Below, in pieces: positions 53,807-63,290 of a DNA stretch of 64,000 nt (the first letter of the stretch is position 1; each line of letters starts with the position of its first letter). Position numbers and translations under genes: made by a program. Origin of the DNA: Chitinophaga pinensis (lineage in GTDB: Bacteria > Bacteroidota > Bacteroidia > UBA7662); the NCBI GenBank assembly GCA_945874665.1, contig CAMCHJ010000008.1:3880-67879 (forward strand), written 5' to 3'. Under the pieces are notes generated by a model. It did no database searches, was not told the DNA's origin, and saw only the letters and a list, made by a program, of their open reading frames with translations.

Positions 53807-53980
53807 CACCAAGTCAACCCGAGTGGGTTTTCCAATCAAAAGATACTCCCTCTTTTCATTTGCACACAATTTGCATACAAAAGCCGAAAATTGCAACAAC
53901 ACCATTGGCCTCCGCGATGGCGTAAACATCGAAAATTAAGCGTGGCTTAACACAGGTAGAGCAGCTGAAGAAGGGTTGAT

Positions 53981-54829
53981 TTAAAACTTATAAACCACTC
54001 CGTTCCCCGCAATTTCAAAGCGGGTAACCCCCTTTTTAGCGATGTAATCGCCCACTACCTGCCCAAGAATGGCCCCCGCCACCACGTCGCTGAACCAATG
54101 TTTGCCTTGGAGCATCCGACTTGCGCCATTGGCCACCGCCAAGATATAAAAAGTAATGGGCACCCAGCGATGCTCGTCGCCATAAGCCTGCCTAAAAACG
54201 GCTGCCGCTGCAAAGGCCGAGGTTACGTGTCCGGATGGAAAGCTGGTATGGATGTAGCGGCCAACGGGACCATCAAATAGGCCGGGGTTGTTGCCTGCCT
54301 CCACTGGTCGCTGCCGCTGGAAGATGTATTTAGGTACTTGCACCAAAGCACGGCTCAATATAAAGGCTTTGGCCACATTTAACCCCACCAATTGGGTATG
54401 TGGATTGTTGCGATACCGGCCTTCCAACCAAATTACCCCAGCCACCGGTATGGTTACCAGTCCGTTACCCATGGGATCGGTGTACTTCAGCACCTCTGTC
54501 CAGCGTGTACTGCGTTCGCTAAACTGGCGTAAATCGCGATCTACGTACCAAGCGGCGGTAAGGGTGGCGCCCGACAAAGCCAATTTGGCCCAATCGCTGC
54601 CGTTCCACTGTGCTGGTGCTTTGAGCAGGCCCCAGCCGTCCTGCGCAAATGATTTCAGATAGTCTTTAGAGAAAGGATGCAAACGCAAAGCAGGCGTTGA
54701 AGGCTGAGCAGCGGCCAAATAACTCCCGCTTGTACCGGTTGACTGCAAAAAGGCTGGTGACTGAGCAGCTGCGGCCATCGGCAAAAGTAGGCCGAGCAGC
54801 GCGAACAACTGGATGCGCAAGTGCTTCAT
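53981..54829 (-). CDS. PAP2 family phosphatase
   Basis: K....RQRP, SFPSGH, SRMLQGKHWFSDV; signal peptide; ATGA overlap with mazG. Confidence 0.88.
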   Translation of the reverse strand: MKHLRIQLFALLGLLLPMAAAAQSPAFLQSTGTSGSYLAAAQPSTPALRLHPFSKDYLKSFAQDGWGLLKAPAQWNGSDWAKLALSGATLTAAWYVDRDLRQFSERSTRWTEVLKYTDPMGNGLVTIPVAGVIWLEGRYRNNPHTQLVGLNVAKAFILSRALVQVPKYIFQRQRPVEAGNNPGLFDGPVGRYIHTSFPSGHVTSAFAAAAVFRQAYGDEHRWVPITFYILAVANGASRMLQGKHWFSDVVAGAILGQVVGDYIAKKGVTRFEIAGNGVVYKF

Positions 54830-55599
54830 AGTTTCTTTGCCTCGTTCCAAAAAGCATCCATCTCTGCTAGCGTCATGTCTTGCAACTTGCGCCCTGATGC
54901 GGCAGCGCCTTTTTCGAGGTATTGAAAGCGTTTGATGAATTTTTGGTTGGTTTTTTCGAGTGCATTTTCGGGGTTCACCTCCAAAAAACGCGCGTAATTA
55001 ATCATGCTGAATAGTAAATCGCCAAATTCGGCTTCTATTTCGGTGCTGTTGCCGGCGTCTACCTCGGCCTTTAACTCGTCCAGCTCCTCCTGCAATTTGT
55101 CCCACACCTGCTCTTGGTTGTCCCAATCAAAACCCACACCCCTGGCCTTTTCTTGGATACGGGTAGCCTTTACCATGGCCGGCAGCGACACAGGCACGCC
55201 TTCAAGCACCGAGCTTTTGCCTTCTTTGAGCTTAAGCTTCTCCCAGTTTTGTTTCACTTCCTCTTCCCCGCTCACTTTTACATCGCTGTAAATGTGGGGA
55301 TGGCGGTGTACCAGCTTGTCGCATATGCCGTTAAGCACGTCTGTAATGTCAAAAGCACCCTTCTCAGCTCCAATTTTGGCGTAAAAAACCAAGTGTAACA
55401 TCACATCACCCAGCTCTTTCTTTACTTCGTCCAAGTCGTTTTTAACGATGGCATCGGCCAATTCGTACATTTCTTCGATGGTCAACGGGCGCAGCGTTTC
55501 CATGGTTTGCTTGCGGTCCCAGGGACATTGCTCCCGCAATTCGTCCATAATGGTAAGCAAGCGACTGAACGCTTGGAGGCGGGGATCGGGTAAATGCAT
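54826..55599 (-). CDS. mazG: Nucleoside triphosphate pyrophosphohydrolase
   Basis: CPWDRKQT, EE.YEL, ELGD, KL..RHPHI, GFDW, EFGDLLF. Confidence 0.95.
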   Translation of the reverse strand: MHLPDPRLQAFSRLLTIMDELREQCPWDRKQTMETLRPLTIEEMYELADAIVKNDLDEVKKELGDVMLHLVFYAKIGAEKGAFDITDVLNGICDKLVHRHPHIYSDVKVSGEEEVKQNWEKLKLKEGKSSVLEGVPVSLPAMVKATRIQEKARGVGFDWDNQEQVWDKLQEELDELKAEVDAGNSTEIEAEFGDLLFSMINYARFLEVNPENALEKTNQKFIKRFQYLEKGAAASGRKLQDMTLAEMDAFWNEAKKL

Positions 55600-55822
55600 G
55601 CAGCGAATTTAAGCAATTGTTGAGAAAGCGAGCGGACCAGCCATCAAATCTCCCTTTAAAAAGAATGAAAAATACCAGTCGCCATGACCGCAACGATTGG
55701 CACGCAAAGCACAAAAAATACTGCTCATCCTCCCAATTGAAAGCCTCCAATAAAAGGACAAAAACATCCGAATCCCTTGATTTACTGATACATTTAGCCA
55801 TCAAATTAAACCTTTTTTAAAC

Positions 55823-55856
55823 TATCTTTGTTGCCCAATTCAGATTAAGTCTAAAT
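55823..55856 (+). promoter_or_regulatory. suf promoter (-7 TATCTTTG) followed by the palindrome ATTCAGA-N5-TCTAAAT
   Basis: TATCTTTG at 55823-55830; near-perfect inverted repeat at 55838-55856. Confidence 0.55.
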
Positions 55857-55869
55857 ACGTACAAGCGGA

Positions 55870-57318
55870 ATGAGCACATCAGAACAGGACATACTCGAGC
55901 AGATTACCGGCGACGACTACAAATATGGATTCGTAAGCAACATTGAGCAGGACATCATTCCTAAAGGTTTGACGGAAGACACGGTGCGCTTTATTTCTGC
56001 GAAAAAAAATGAACCCCATTGGTTACTCGACTGGCGTTTAAAGGCTTACAAACACTGGCTGGGCATGACGCCTCCCGATTGGCAGAACGTTAAATTCCCA
56101 CCCATTGATTACCAAGACATTAGCTACTATGCTTCCCCTAAAGAAGGCAGCAAACTAAACAGCTTAGACGAGCTCGACCCAGAGATCAAGGCCACTTACG
56201 ACAAATTAGGAATTCCCCTCGAGGAGCAGCTCATTTTGGCTGGAGTGGCTGTAGATGCGGTGCTCGACTCGGTATCGGTGATCACCACCTTCAAAGAAAA
56301 ACTCGCTGAAAAAGGCGTTATTTTTTGTTCCATCAGTGAAGCTGTGCAAGAACACCCGGAGCTGATCAAAAAGTACCTTGGCAGCGTGGTGCCATACACT
56401 GACAATTATTTTGCAGCCCTCAACAGCGCCGTTTTTAGCGATGGTTCGTTTGTGTACATCCCCAAAGGCGTTCGTTGTCCGATGGAATTAAGCACCTACT
56501 TCCGCATCAACGCCAAAGGTACTGGGCAGTTTGAACGCACCCTCCTCATTGCCGAAGATGCCAGTTATGTTAGCTACCTAGAAGGTTGCACGGCACCCAA
56601 GCGCGACGAAAATCAGTTGCACGCGGCAGTCGTTGAACTTGTAGCCATGGAAAGTGCCGAAATCAAGTACAGTACCGTACAAAACTGGTACCCGGGCGAC
56701 AAAGACGGCAAAGGCGGTATTTATAATTTCGTTACCAAGCGCGGTGTGTGCATGGGCAACGGCTCCAAAATCAGCTGGACCCAAGTTGAAACCGGCTCTG
56801 CCATCACCTGGAAATACCCAAGCGTGGTGCTAAAAGGCGACAACAGCATCGGTGAATTTTACAGCGTGGCGGTTACCAACAACCTGCAACAAGCCGATAC
56901 GGGCACCAAAATGATCCACATCGGCAAAAACACTAAAAGTCGCATTGTAAGCAAAGGCATCAGCGCTGGCAAGAGCCAAAACTCCTACCGCGGTCTGGTG
57001 AAAGTGCGCAAATCGGCCGCCAACGCTCGCAACTACAGTCAGTGCGACTCGCTGCTGATGGGCGACAAATGCGGGGCGCACACCTTCCCCTACTTCGAAA
57101 TCAACAACAATGGCGCAACGGTAGAACACGAAGCCACCACCTCTAAAATTGGGGAAGACATTATGTTTTACTGCAACCAGCGCGGCATTTCGCAAGAAGA
57201 TGCGGTGGCACTCATCGTAAACGGCTATGCCAAAGAGGTACTCGACAAATTGCCCATGGAGTTTGCTGTAGAAGCTAAAAAGTTATTGGCCATTTCACTC
57301 GAAGGCTCTGTGGGATAA
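55870..57318 (+). CDS. sufB: Fe-S cluster assembly protein SufB
   Basis: [58 protein letters not shown] end. Confidence 0.97.
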   Translation: MSTSEQDILEQITGDDYKYGFVSNIEQDIIPKGLTEDTVRFISAKKNEPHWLLDWRLKAYKHWLGMTPPDWQNVKFPPIDYQDISYYASPKEGSKLNSLDELDPEIKATYDKLGIPLEEQLILAGVAVDAVLDSVSVITTFKEKLAEKGVIFCSISEAVQEHPELIKKYLGSVVPYTDNYFAALNSAVFSDGSFVYIPKGVRCPMELSTYFRINAKGTGQFERTLLIAEDASYVSYLEGCTAPKRDENQLHAAVVELVAMESAEIKYSTVQNWYPGDKDGKGGIYNFVTKRGVCMGNGSKISWTQVETGSAITWKYPSVVLKGDNSIGEFYSVAVTNNLQQADTGTKMIHIGKNTKSRIVSKGISAGKSQNSYRGLVKVRKSAANARNYSQCDSLLMGDKCGAHTFPYFEINNNGATVEHEATTSKIGEDIMFYCNQRGISQEDAVALIVNGYAKEVLDKLPMEFAVEAKKLLAISLEGSVG

Positions 57319-57328
57319 CACCGACAGG

Positions 57329-57356
57329 GTTCAAAATTCAAAGTTCAAAATTCAAA
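57329..57356 (+). repeat. Left heptamer array (RTTCAAA x4)
   Basis: GTTCAAA ATTCAAA GTTCAAA ATTCAAA, 10 nt after the sufB stop. Confidence 0.9.
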
Positions 57357-57382
57357 AACTAGCAAGGAAAAGGGAAAGAACA

Positions 57383-57847
57383 ATGGCTGGCTATATGGCA
57401 TTTGAGGAGACGAAAATTTGGCAAGAGTCACGTAAGCTTGTCAACAGCATCTATTTGGCCATCCAAAATAGTACGGCATTTTCGCAGGATTACGCGCTCG
57501 GAAATCAAATCAAACGTGCAGCAATTTCCATTCCTTCAAATATTGCCGAAGGTTTTGAAAGGTCTACTAACAAAGAATTGATTCACTTCTTATTCATTGC
57601 AAAGGGATCAGCGGGAGAAGTTAGAACCCAGTTATGGTTGGCGAGTGATTTGAACTTCCTGAATAAAAAAGAACTTGATGCTTTAATTGATAAGGTTAAA
57701 ACCATTAGTAAAATGATTCAAGGAATGATTAATTATCTCCAAAAAAGTGAAATGAAAGGCACAAAGTATCATAATGAATTAAGAGAGCCCGAGGCTGAAT
57801 TCCAAGGCCTAGAACACTTTTTCCAAACGAGAGACACGTCTGAATAA
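57383..57847 (+). CDS. Four helix bundle protein (23S rRNA intervening-sequence protein family)
   Basis: FEETKIWQ, QIKRAAISIPSNIAEG, FL.IAKGSAGE..TQL; AT-rich. Confidence 0.9.
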   Translation: MAGYMAFEETKIWQESRKLVNSIYLAIQNSTAFSQDYALGNQIKRAAISIPSNIAEGFERSTNKELIHFLFIAKGSAGEVRTQLWLASDLNFLNKKELDALIDKVKTISKMIQGMINYLQKSEMKGTKYHNELREPEAEFQGLEHFFQTRDTSE

Positions 57848-57901
57848 AAAAATAGCCTGATAAAAATAAATGGCAACCCTTGAAACCCGTATCCATCGAG
57901 C

Positions 57902-57964
57902 TTTAAACCTCGCACTTTGAACTTTGAACTTTGAATTTTGAACTTTGAACCTTGAATTTTGAAC
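57902..57964 (-). repeat. Right heptamer array (YTTGAAY x7 plus degenerate units), inverted relative to the left array
   Basis: TTTGAAC TTTGAAC TTTGAAT TTTGAAC TTTGAAC CTTGAAT TTTGAAC at 57916-57964; in-phase TTTAAAC at 57902. Confidence 0.9.
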
Positions 57965-58025
57965 TTCCGCAATCAACTTAGAACAAATAATCAGCAACCC
58001 CTTATACGCTCCGAACATAATTACA

Positions 58026-58784
58026 ATGCTTAATATAAACAACCTCAAAGCGTCGATCGACGACAAACAAATCCTCAAAGGCATCAACCTGGAAGTTAAG
58101 CCGGGTGAAGTGCATGCCATCATGGGCCCGAATGGCTCTGGCAAATCAACCCTTTCAAGCGTTATTGCTGGTCGCGAAGGCTATGAAGTAAGCGGCGAAG
58201 TGTTGTTCAACGGCAAAGACCTACTCGAATTGGCACCAGAAGTACGGGCTTGGGAGGGCATCTTCCTCGCTTTCCAATATCCAGTTGAAATACCCGGTGT
58301 TAGCAACACCAATTTTATGCGTACCTGCATCAATGAGCAGCGCAAATACCGCGGCTTGCCTGATATGGACGCCAGCACTTTCCTCAAAACCATGCGCGAA
58401 AAAGCGGAATTGGTGGAGCTCGACCCTAATTTGATGAAGCGCTCAGTAAACCAAGGCTTCTCAGGCGGTGAAAAAAAGCGCAATGAGATATTCCAGCTCG
58501 CCATGCTCGATCCTAAGCTGGCCATCCTCGACGAAACAGACTCTGGTCTCGACATTGACGCCCTCCGCATTGTGTCGAACGGCGTGAACAAGCTCCGTAA
58601 TAAAGACAACGCCTTTGTAGTGATCACCCACTACCAGCGTTTGCTCGACTACATCATACCTGATTTTGTGCACGTATTGATGAACGGTCAGATTGTAAAA
58701 TCAGGGACCAAAGAACTCGCTTACGAGCTTGAAGAAAAAGGCTACGATTGGATCAAGGCTGAATTGAAAGAAGCCGCCCTATGA
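58026..58784 (+). CDS. sufC: Fe-S cluster assembly ATPase SufC
   Basis: MGPNGSGKST, FQYPVEIPG, GFSGGEKKR, LDETDSGLDID, ITHY. Confidence 0.97.
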   Translation: MLNINNLKASIDDKQILKGINLEVKPGEVHAIMGPNGSGKSTLSSVIAGREGYEVSGEVLFNGKDLLELAPEVRAWEGIFLAFQYPVEIPGVSNTNFMRTCINEQRKYRGLPDMDASTFLKTMREKAELVELDPNLMKRSVNQGFSGGEKKRNEIFQLAMLDPKLAILDETDSGLDIDALRIVSNGVNKLRNKDNAFVVITHYQRLLDYIIPDFVHVLMNGQIVKSGTKELAYELEEKGYDWIKAELKEAAL

Positions 58785-60094
58785 GCACGCTTACCACACA
58801 GCAGCCGCTGATCGACCGGCTGAAAGACTTTGTGCAGCACACCGCCAGTGGTCCTCAGGAACACCAGCGACTCGAGGCTTTGGCGCAGTTTGAAGCCTTA
58901 GGTCTACCCCATCCCGATTTAGAAGATTGGAAATACACCAATTTTAAGGGCCTCAAGGCACTCGACCCGAGCAATCCCTTGCCCATTTTAGATGAATCAA
59001 CCATCGACATCAGCAAATACAGGATTGCAGGTCTCGACGCCATCGAACTGGTATTTGTAAACGGTCGTTTTGCAGGCAGTTTAAGCCGGCCATTCGAAAG
59101 TGACCAGCTTTACGTGAGCACCCTGGCCAAGGCCCGCAATTTGCGGCACCACTTGCTAGAAACACATCTTGGGAAATACGCGCAGCAAGCTACCGAAGGC
59201 CTCACCGCCCTCAATTTGGCCATGGCGAGCGATGGTTTCGTAATCCACCTAACCAAAAACGAAGTTTGCGACCGTCCCGTTGTCATTTATCAACTCTCCA
59301 CCGGCACACACGACCGCGGTTGGAACAACCAACGCAATTTGATAGTGGCCGAAGCAGGCAGTCGCCTGGTAGTTATTGAAAAGTACATCAGCCAATCGCC
59401 TGTTTTCGACAACATCGTAACCGAAATTGTGGTGGGCAGCAACGCCAATGTAGAGCACTACAAACTCCAAACCCGCTACGGCGATGCTTGGCAGGTAGGC
59501 ACCACCCGCGTGGAGCAAGATCGCGATTCGCGTTATTACAATGCCACCATCAGTTGGAGCGGGCAAATGATCCGAAACAATCTTCAAGCCCGCCACGCTG
59601 GTCAAAACTGTGAAACACACTTTTTCGGTTTGTATTTGTTAGATCATGACAACCTCATCGACAACCACACCCTGATGGACCACGCCATGCCAAACTGTTA
59701 CAGTCACGAGCTCTACAAAGGCATCGTTGGTCCTGAAGGCAAAGCAGTGTTCAACGGCAAAGTGCTGGTAAGGCCGGATGCCCAAAAAACCAACGCCTAT
59801 CAAAGTAATGCCAATATATTACTGGCAGATACTGGCACAGTGAACGCTAAACCCGAGCTTGAAATTTTTGCAGATGATGTAAAATGCTCTCACGGAGCTA
59901 CGGTGGGTCAACTAGATTTGAATGAATTATTCTACCTCAAATCACGCGGCATAGGCGAAGAAAAAGCCCGTACCATTCTCCTCACCGCCTTTGCTGGCGA
60001 AGTGGTGGAGGCGGTGCGTATTGAAGCATTGCGCGACGACTTGATGGCCCAGTTGATGGAGGAGCTTCAACGCATGCAAATCAGTTTTGAATAA
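58781..60094 (+). CDS. sufD: Fe-S cluster assembly protein SufD
   Basis: EDWKYT, DAQKT.A.Q, KPELEI.ADDVKCSHGATVG, FYL.SRGI. Confidence 0.95.
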   Translation: MSTLTTQQPLIDRLKDFVQHTASGPQEHQRLEALAQFEALGLPHPDLEDWKYTNFKGLKALDPSNPLPILDESTIDISKYRIAGLDAIELVFVNGRFAGSLSRPFESDQLYVSTLAKARNLRHHLLETHLGKYAQQATEGLTALNLAMASDGFVIHLTKNEVCDRPVVIYQLSTGTHDRGWNNQRNLIVAEAGSRLVVIEKYISQSPVFDNIVTEIVVGSNANVEHYKLQTRYGDAWQVGTTRVEQDRDSRYYNATISWSGQMIRNNLQARHAGQNCETHFFGLYLLDHDNLIDNHTLMDHAMPNCYSHELYKGIVGPEGKAVFNGKVLVRPDAQKTNAYQSNANILLADTGTVNAKPELEIFADDVKCSHGATVGQLDLNELFYLKSRGIGEEKARTILLTAFAGEVVEAVRIEALRDDLMAQLMEELQRMQISFE

Positions 60095-61327
60095 ATGAAA
60101 GGAGCTACCCGCATCGACTGGCAGGCCATACGCGCCGATTTTCCCATACTTGACGAACAGGTACATGGTAAACCGTTGGTGTATTTCGACAACGCCGCCA
60201 CTTCCCAAAAACCAAAGCAGGTAATAGATGCGCTGGTAGCTTATTACAGTCGCTACAACAGCAATGTGCACCGTGGCGTGCACAGCTTGAGTCAGCAAGC
60301 CACCGCCGCCTTTGAAGCCACCCGCCGCAAAGTACAGCTGCTGCTCAACGCGCGCGAGGAAGCCGAAATCATTTACACCAGCGGCACCACTGCGGCCATC
60401 AATTTGGTAGCCAGCAGCTGGGGTGCGTTGCATGTAGTGGCGGGCGATGAAATTTTAATTACAGGACTCGAGCACCACGCCAACATTGTGCCTTGGCAAA
60501 TGCTTTGTGAGCGCACAGGTGCCAAATTGGTGGTAGCACCCATTCTCGACAATGGAGAAGTATCGCTGGAGGCCTTTGCACAATTGCTTTCGCCACGCAC
60601 CAAAATGGCAGCATTTAGCTGGATCAGCAATGCGCTAGGCACGGTAAATCCTGTGCACAAAATGATTGCGCTGGCGCAGGCTGCAGGTGCTTTTACACTG
60701 GTAGATGCCGCTCAGGCTGCACCACACAGTGTAATTGATGTGCAGGTGTTAGACTGCGACTTTTTATGTTTTTCGGCCCACAAAATGCTAGGCCCTACAG
60801 GTATCGGCATTTTGTATGGCAAGCGAGAAGTGCTAGAGCCCCTGCCACCCTACCAAGGCGGTGGCGATATGATCAAAGAAGTGACCTTTGAAAAAACGAC
60901 CTACAACGATTTGCCTTTGCGACTCGAAGCAGGTACGCCCAACATTGCCGATGTGATTGCTTTTGGCACCGCCATCGATTATATGCAAAACATCGGTTTG
61001 GCTAACATTGAAGCGCGTGAAAACGAGCTTTTAGACTATGCAACCGCCAAAATCAGTGAAATCACTGGCATACGGCTCATTGGCACCGCCCCAGAAAAGC
61101 GTTGCGTGCTTAGCTTTATGCTTGGCGGCGCCCATCCTTACGATGTGGGTGTGCTGCTCGATCAAATGGGCATCGCCATTCGCACTGGCCACCATTGCGC
61201 GCAGCCGGTGATGGACCGCTACCAAATTCCTGGCAGCTGCCGTGCTTCCTTTGCTTTTTACAATACGTTCGAAGAAATCGACCGGTTTATCACCGCCTTG
61301 CAAAAGGTCCAAAAAATGCTTTCATAA
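60095..61327 (+). CDS. sufS: Cysteine desulfurase SufS
   Basis: YFDNAATSQKP, EHHANIVPW, FSAHKM.GPTG, RTGHHCAQP. Confidence 0.95.
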   Translation: MKGATRIDWQAIRADFPILDEQVHGKPLVYFDNAATSQKPKQVIDALVAYYSRYNSNVHRGVHSLSQQATAAFEATRRKVQLLLNAREEAEIIYTSGTTAAINLVASSWGALHVVAGDEILITGLEHHANIVPWQMLCERTGAKLVVAPILDNGEVSLEAFAQLLSPRTKMAAFSWISNALGTVNPVHKMIALAQAAGAFTLVDAAQAAPHSVIDVQVLDCDFLCFSAHKMLGPTGIGILYGKREVLEPLPPYQGGGDMIKEVTFEKTTYNDLPLRLEAGTPNIADVIAFGTAIDYMQNIGLANIEARENELLDYATAKISEITGIRLIGTAPEKRCVLSFMLGGAHPYDVGVLLDQMGIAIRTGHHCAQPVMDRYQIPGSCRASFAFYNTFEEIDRFITALQKVQKMLS

Positions 61328-61758
61328 TGGCTAAAATGAACGAAATACAAGATCAGTTGATTGAAGACTTCGGTTTTTTGGAAGATTGGGAAGATAAATA
61401 CGGCTACCTCATCGACTTGGCCAAAAGCCTGCAGCCGTTAACTGCCGAGCAAAAAATAGCCGACAATGTCATCAAAGGCTGTCAGAGTACCGTATGGTTG
61501 CACGCCCAGCTCGAAGGCGGCCGCGTGCGCTACCAAGCCGATTCCGATGCCTTCATCTCCAAAGGTATAATTGCTCTTTTGGTGCGTGTTTTTGATGGGC
61601 AAACGCCCGATGACATCCTTCATGGCGATTTTTACGTGGTCGATCGCATCGGCTTATCCACCCACCTTTCTCCGAACCGTGCCAACGGCTTGGGCCATAT
61701 GCTCAAACAAATGCGGACCTATGCCCTGGCTTTTCAATCGAAAACCCAAAACGCCTGA
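61327..61758 (+). CDS. sufE: Sulfur acceptor SufE
   Basis: WEDKY.YLI, KGCQS.VW, DSDA.I.KG, LSPNRANGL; TAATG overlap with sufS. Confidence 0.93.
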   Translation: MAKMNEIQDQLIEDFGFLEDWEDKYGYLIDLAKSLQPLTAEQKIADNVIKGCQSTVWLHAQLEGGRVRYQADSDAFISKGIIALLVRVFDGQTPDDILHGDFYVVDRIGLSTHLSPNRANGLGHMLKQMRTYALAFQSKTQNA

Positions 61759-61762
61759 TAAA

Positions 61763-62092
61763 ATGAGTGAAGTACCCGAACGCAGCTTCGTTGAGATACA
61801 AAACGACGTCATCAGCATCATCAAAACGATTTTCGACCCCGAAATTCCCGTGGATATTTATGAGTTGGGTTTAATTTATGAAGTTAAAGTGAGTCCAGGC
61901 GGCAAAGTCGATATCCTGATGACCCTTACCTCACCCGCTTGTCCTGTAGCCGGCACCCTGCCCGGCGAAGTGGAAGCCAAAATCAAAGGCGTACACGGGG
62001 TAAGCGATGTGAAAGTAGAACTTACCTTTGAGCCTGCTTGGAGCCAAGACTTGATGAGCGAAGAGGCTAAACTAGAATTGGGGTTTTTGTAA
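61763..62092 (+). CDS. sufT: DUF59/SufT Fe-S assembly protein
   Basis: DPEIPVDIYELGLIY, MTLTSPACP, FEPAW...MSEEAKL. Confidence 0.88.
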   Translation: MSEVPERSFVEIQNDVISIIKTIFDPEIPVDIYELGLIYEVKVSPGGKVDILMTLTSPACPVAGTLPGEVEAKIKGVHGVSDVKVELTFEPAWSQDLMSEEAKLELGFL

Positions 62093-62202
62093 CCTTAGTT
62101 GATTTTAAAGCGCGATATCGGCATCCAATTGGATCACAAAGCCTCAATTTCAATCTGGAATATGACGGCAATATTGTATATTAACCGGCTAAAATATAGC
62201 AT

Positions 62203-63216
62203 ATGTTTAAAAGGTCTATCATCAGCGGTGTGGGGCATTATGTGCCTACCAATGTGGTCAAAAACGACGACCTCGCCCAGCGCATGGAAACCAACAATGA
62301 GTGGATTGTGGAGCGTACAGGCATAGAGGAGCGCCGACATGTGGTGCCAGGCAGCGACGACACCACCTCAACAATGGGCACAAAGGCTGCAAAAATCGCC
62401 ATTGAACGCGCTGGCTTGCAACCCGACGATATCGAATTTATCATTTTTGCTACGCTGAGTCCCGATTATTACTTCCCTGGTCCAGGTGTGCAAGTGCAAG
62501 AACAGCTCGGCTTAAAGCACGAAATTGGCGCCCTCGATGTGCGCAACCAATGCTCAGGCTTCGTTTATAGCATGTCAGTAGCCGATCAGTTCATCAAAAC
62601 CGGCATGTACAAACACATACTGGTGATTGGCTCTGAGCTACACAGCGGCGGTTTAGACATGACCACCCGGGGACGCGGCGTAAGCGTAATTTTTGGGGAT
62701 GGCGCCGGTGCTGTAGTGATGAGCGCCACCGACGAGTTGAACCGCGGTATTTTGAGTACCCATTTGCACAGTGAAGGCAAACATGCGAAAGAACTCGCGC
62801 TCGAAGGACCGAGTACCCGCGACTGGGTGCCGGCCATCATGGCCCGCAACGACCCTGAAGACACCACCTACTACCCCTACATGAACGGCAATTTTGTGTT
62901 CAAACATGCAGTAGTACGCTTTATGGAGGTCATTAACGAGGCATTGGCGGCAAATCAATTGCAAGCCAGCGATCTCAAGTTGCTCATTCCGCACCAAGCC
63001 AATTTGCGTATCAGTCAGTACATCCAGCAAAAAATGCAGCTCCGCGACGACCAAGTGTACAACAACATCATGCGGTACGGCAATACCACGGCTGCCACCA
63101 TACCCATTGCTTTAAGCGAGGCTTGGGAGGCAGGTCGCATTCAAAAGGGCGATTTAGTGATGTTTGCGGCCTTTGGCAGCGGCTTCACATGGGCATCAGC
63201 CTTGATGCGCTGGTAA
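62203..63216 (+). CDS. fabH: 3-oxoacyl-ACP synthase III
   Basis: WIVERTGI.ERR, NQCSGF, FGDGAGA, PHQANLRI, GNT.AA.IP, FGSGFTW. Confidence 0.92.
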   Translation: MFKRSIISGVGHYVPTNVVKNDDLAQRMETNNEWIVERTGIEERRHVVPGSDDTTSTMGTKAAKIAIERAGLQPDDIEFIIFATLSPDYYFPGPGVQVQEQLGLKHEIGALDVRNQCSGFVYSMSVADQFIKTGMYKHILVIGSELHSGGLDMTTRGRGVSVIFGDGAGAVVMSATDELNRGILSTHLHSEGKHAKELALEGPSTRDWVPAIMARNDPEDTTYYPYMNGNFVFKHAVVRFMEVINEALAANQLQASDLKLLIPHQANLRISQYIQQKMQLRDDQVYNNIMRYGNTTAATIPIALSEAWEAGRIQKGDLVMFAAFGSGFTWASALMRW

Positions 63217-63218
63217 AA

Positions 63219-63268
63219 TAAAAACCGAGTGAAATCGGCTTCTGGGCAGCGATTTCACTCGGTTTTAT
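63219..63268. terminator. Bidirectional terminator
   Basis: TAAAAACCGAGTGAAATCG...CGATTTCACTCGGTTTTA between convergent genes. Confidence 0.8.
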
Positions 63269-63290
63269 AGGATGTTGCTTTTGAGGGATG

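Noticed and set aside
53622..53939. 105-aa ORF after tRNA-Pro as an integrase remnant or island
   Set aside because: It is a translation of the tandem repeat (ESILPP occurs twice). There are no recombinase motifs, and housekeeping-type genes resume immediately.
57383..57847. Diversity-generating retroelement, given the Avd-like fold
   Set aside because: No reverse transcriptase or TR/VR pair is present in the window.
57769..58144. Minus-strand ORFs with SKFKIQ/SKFKVQ repeats
   Set aside because: They are artefacts of the heptamer array.
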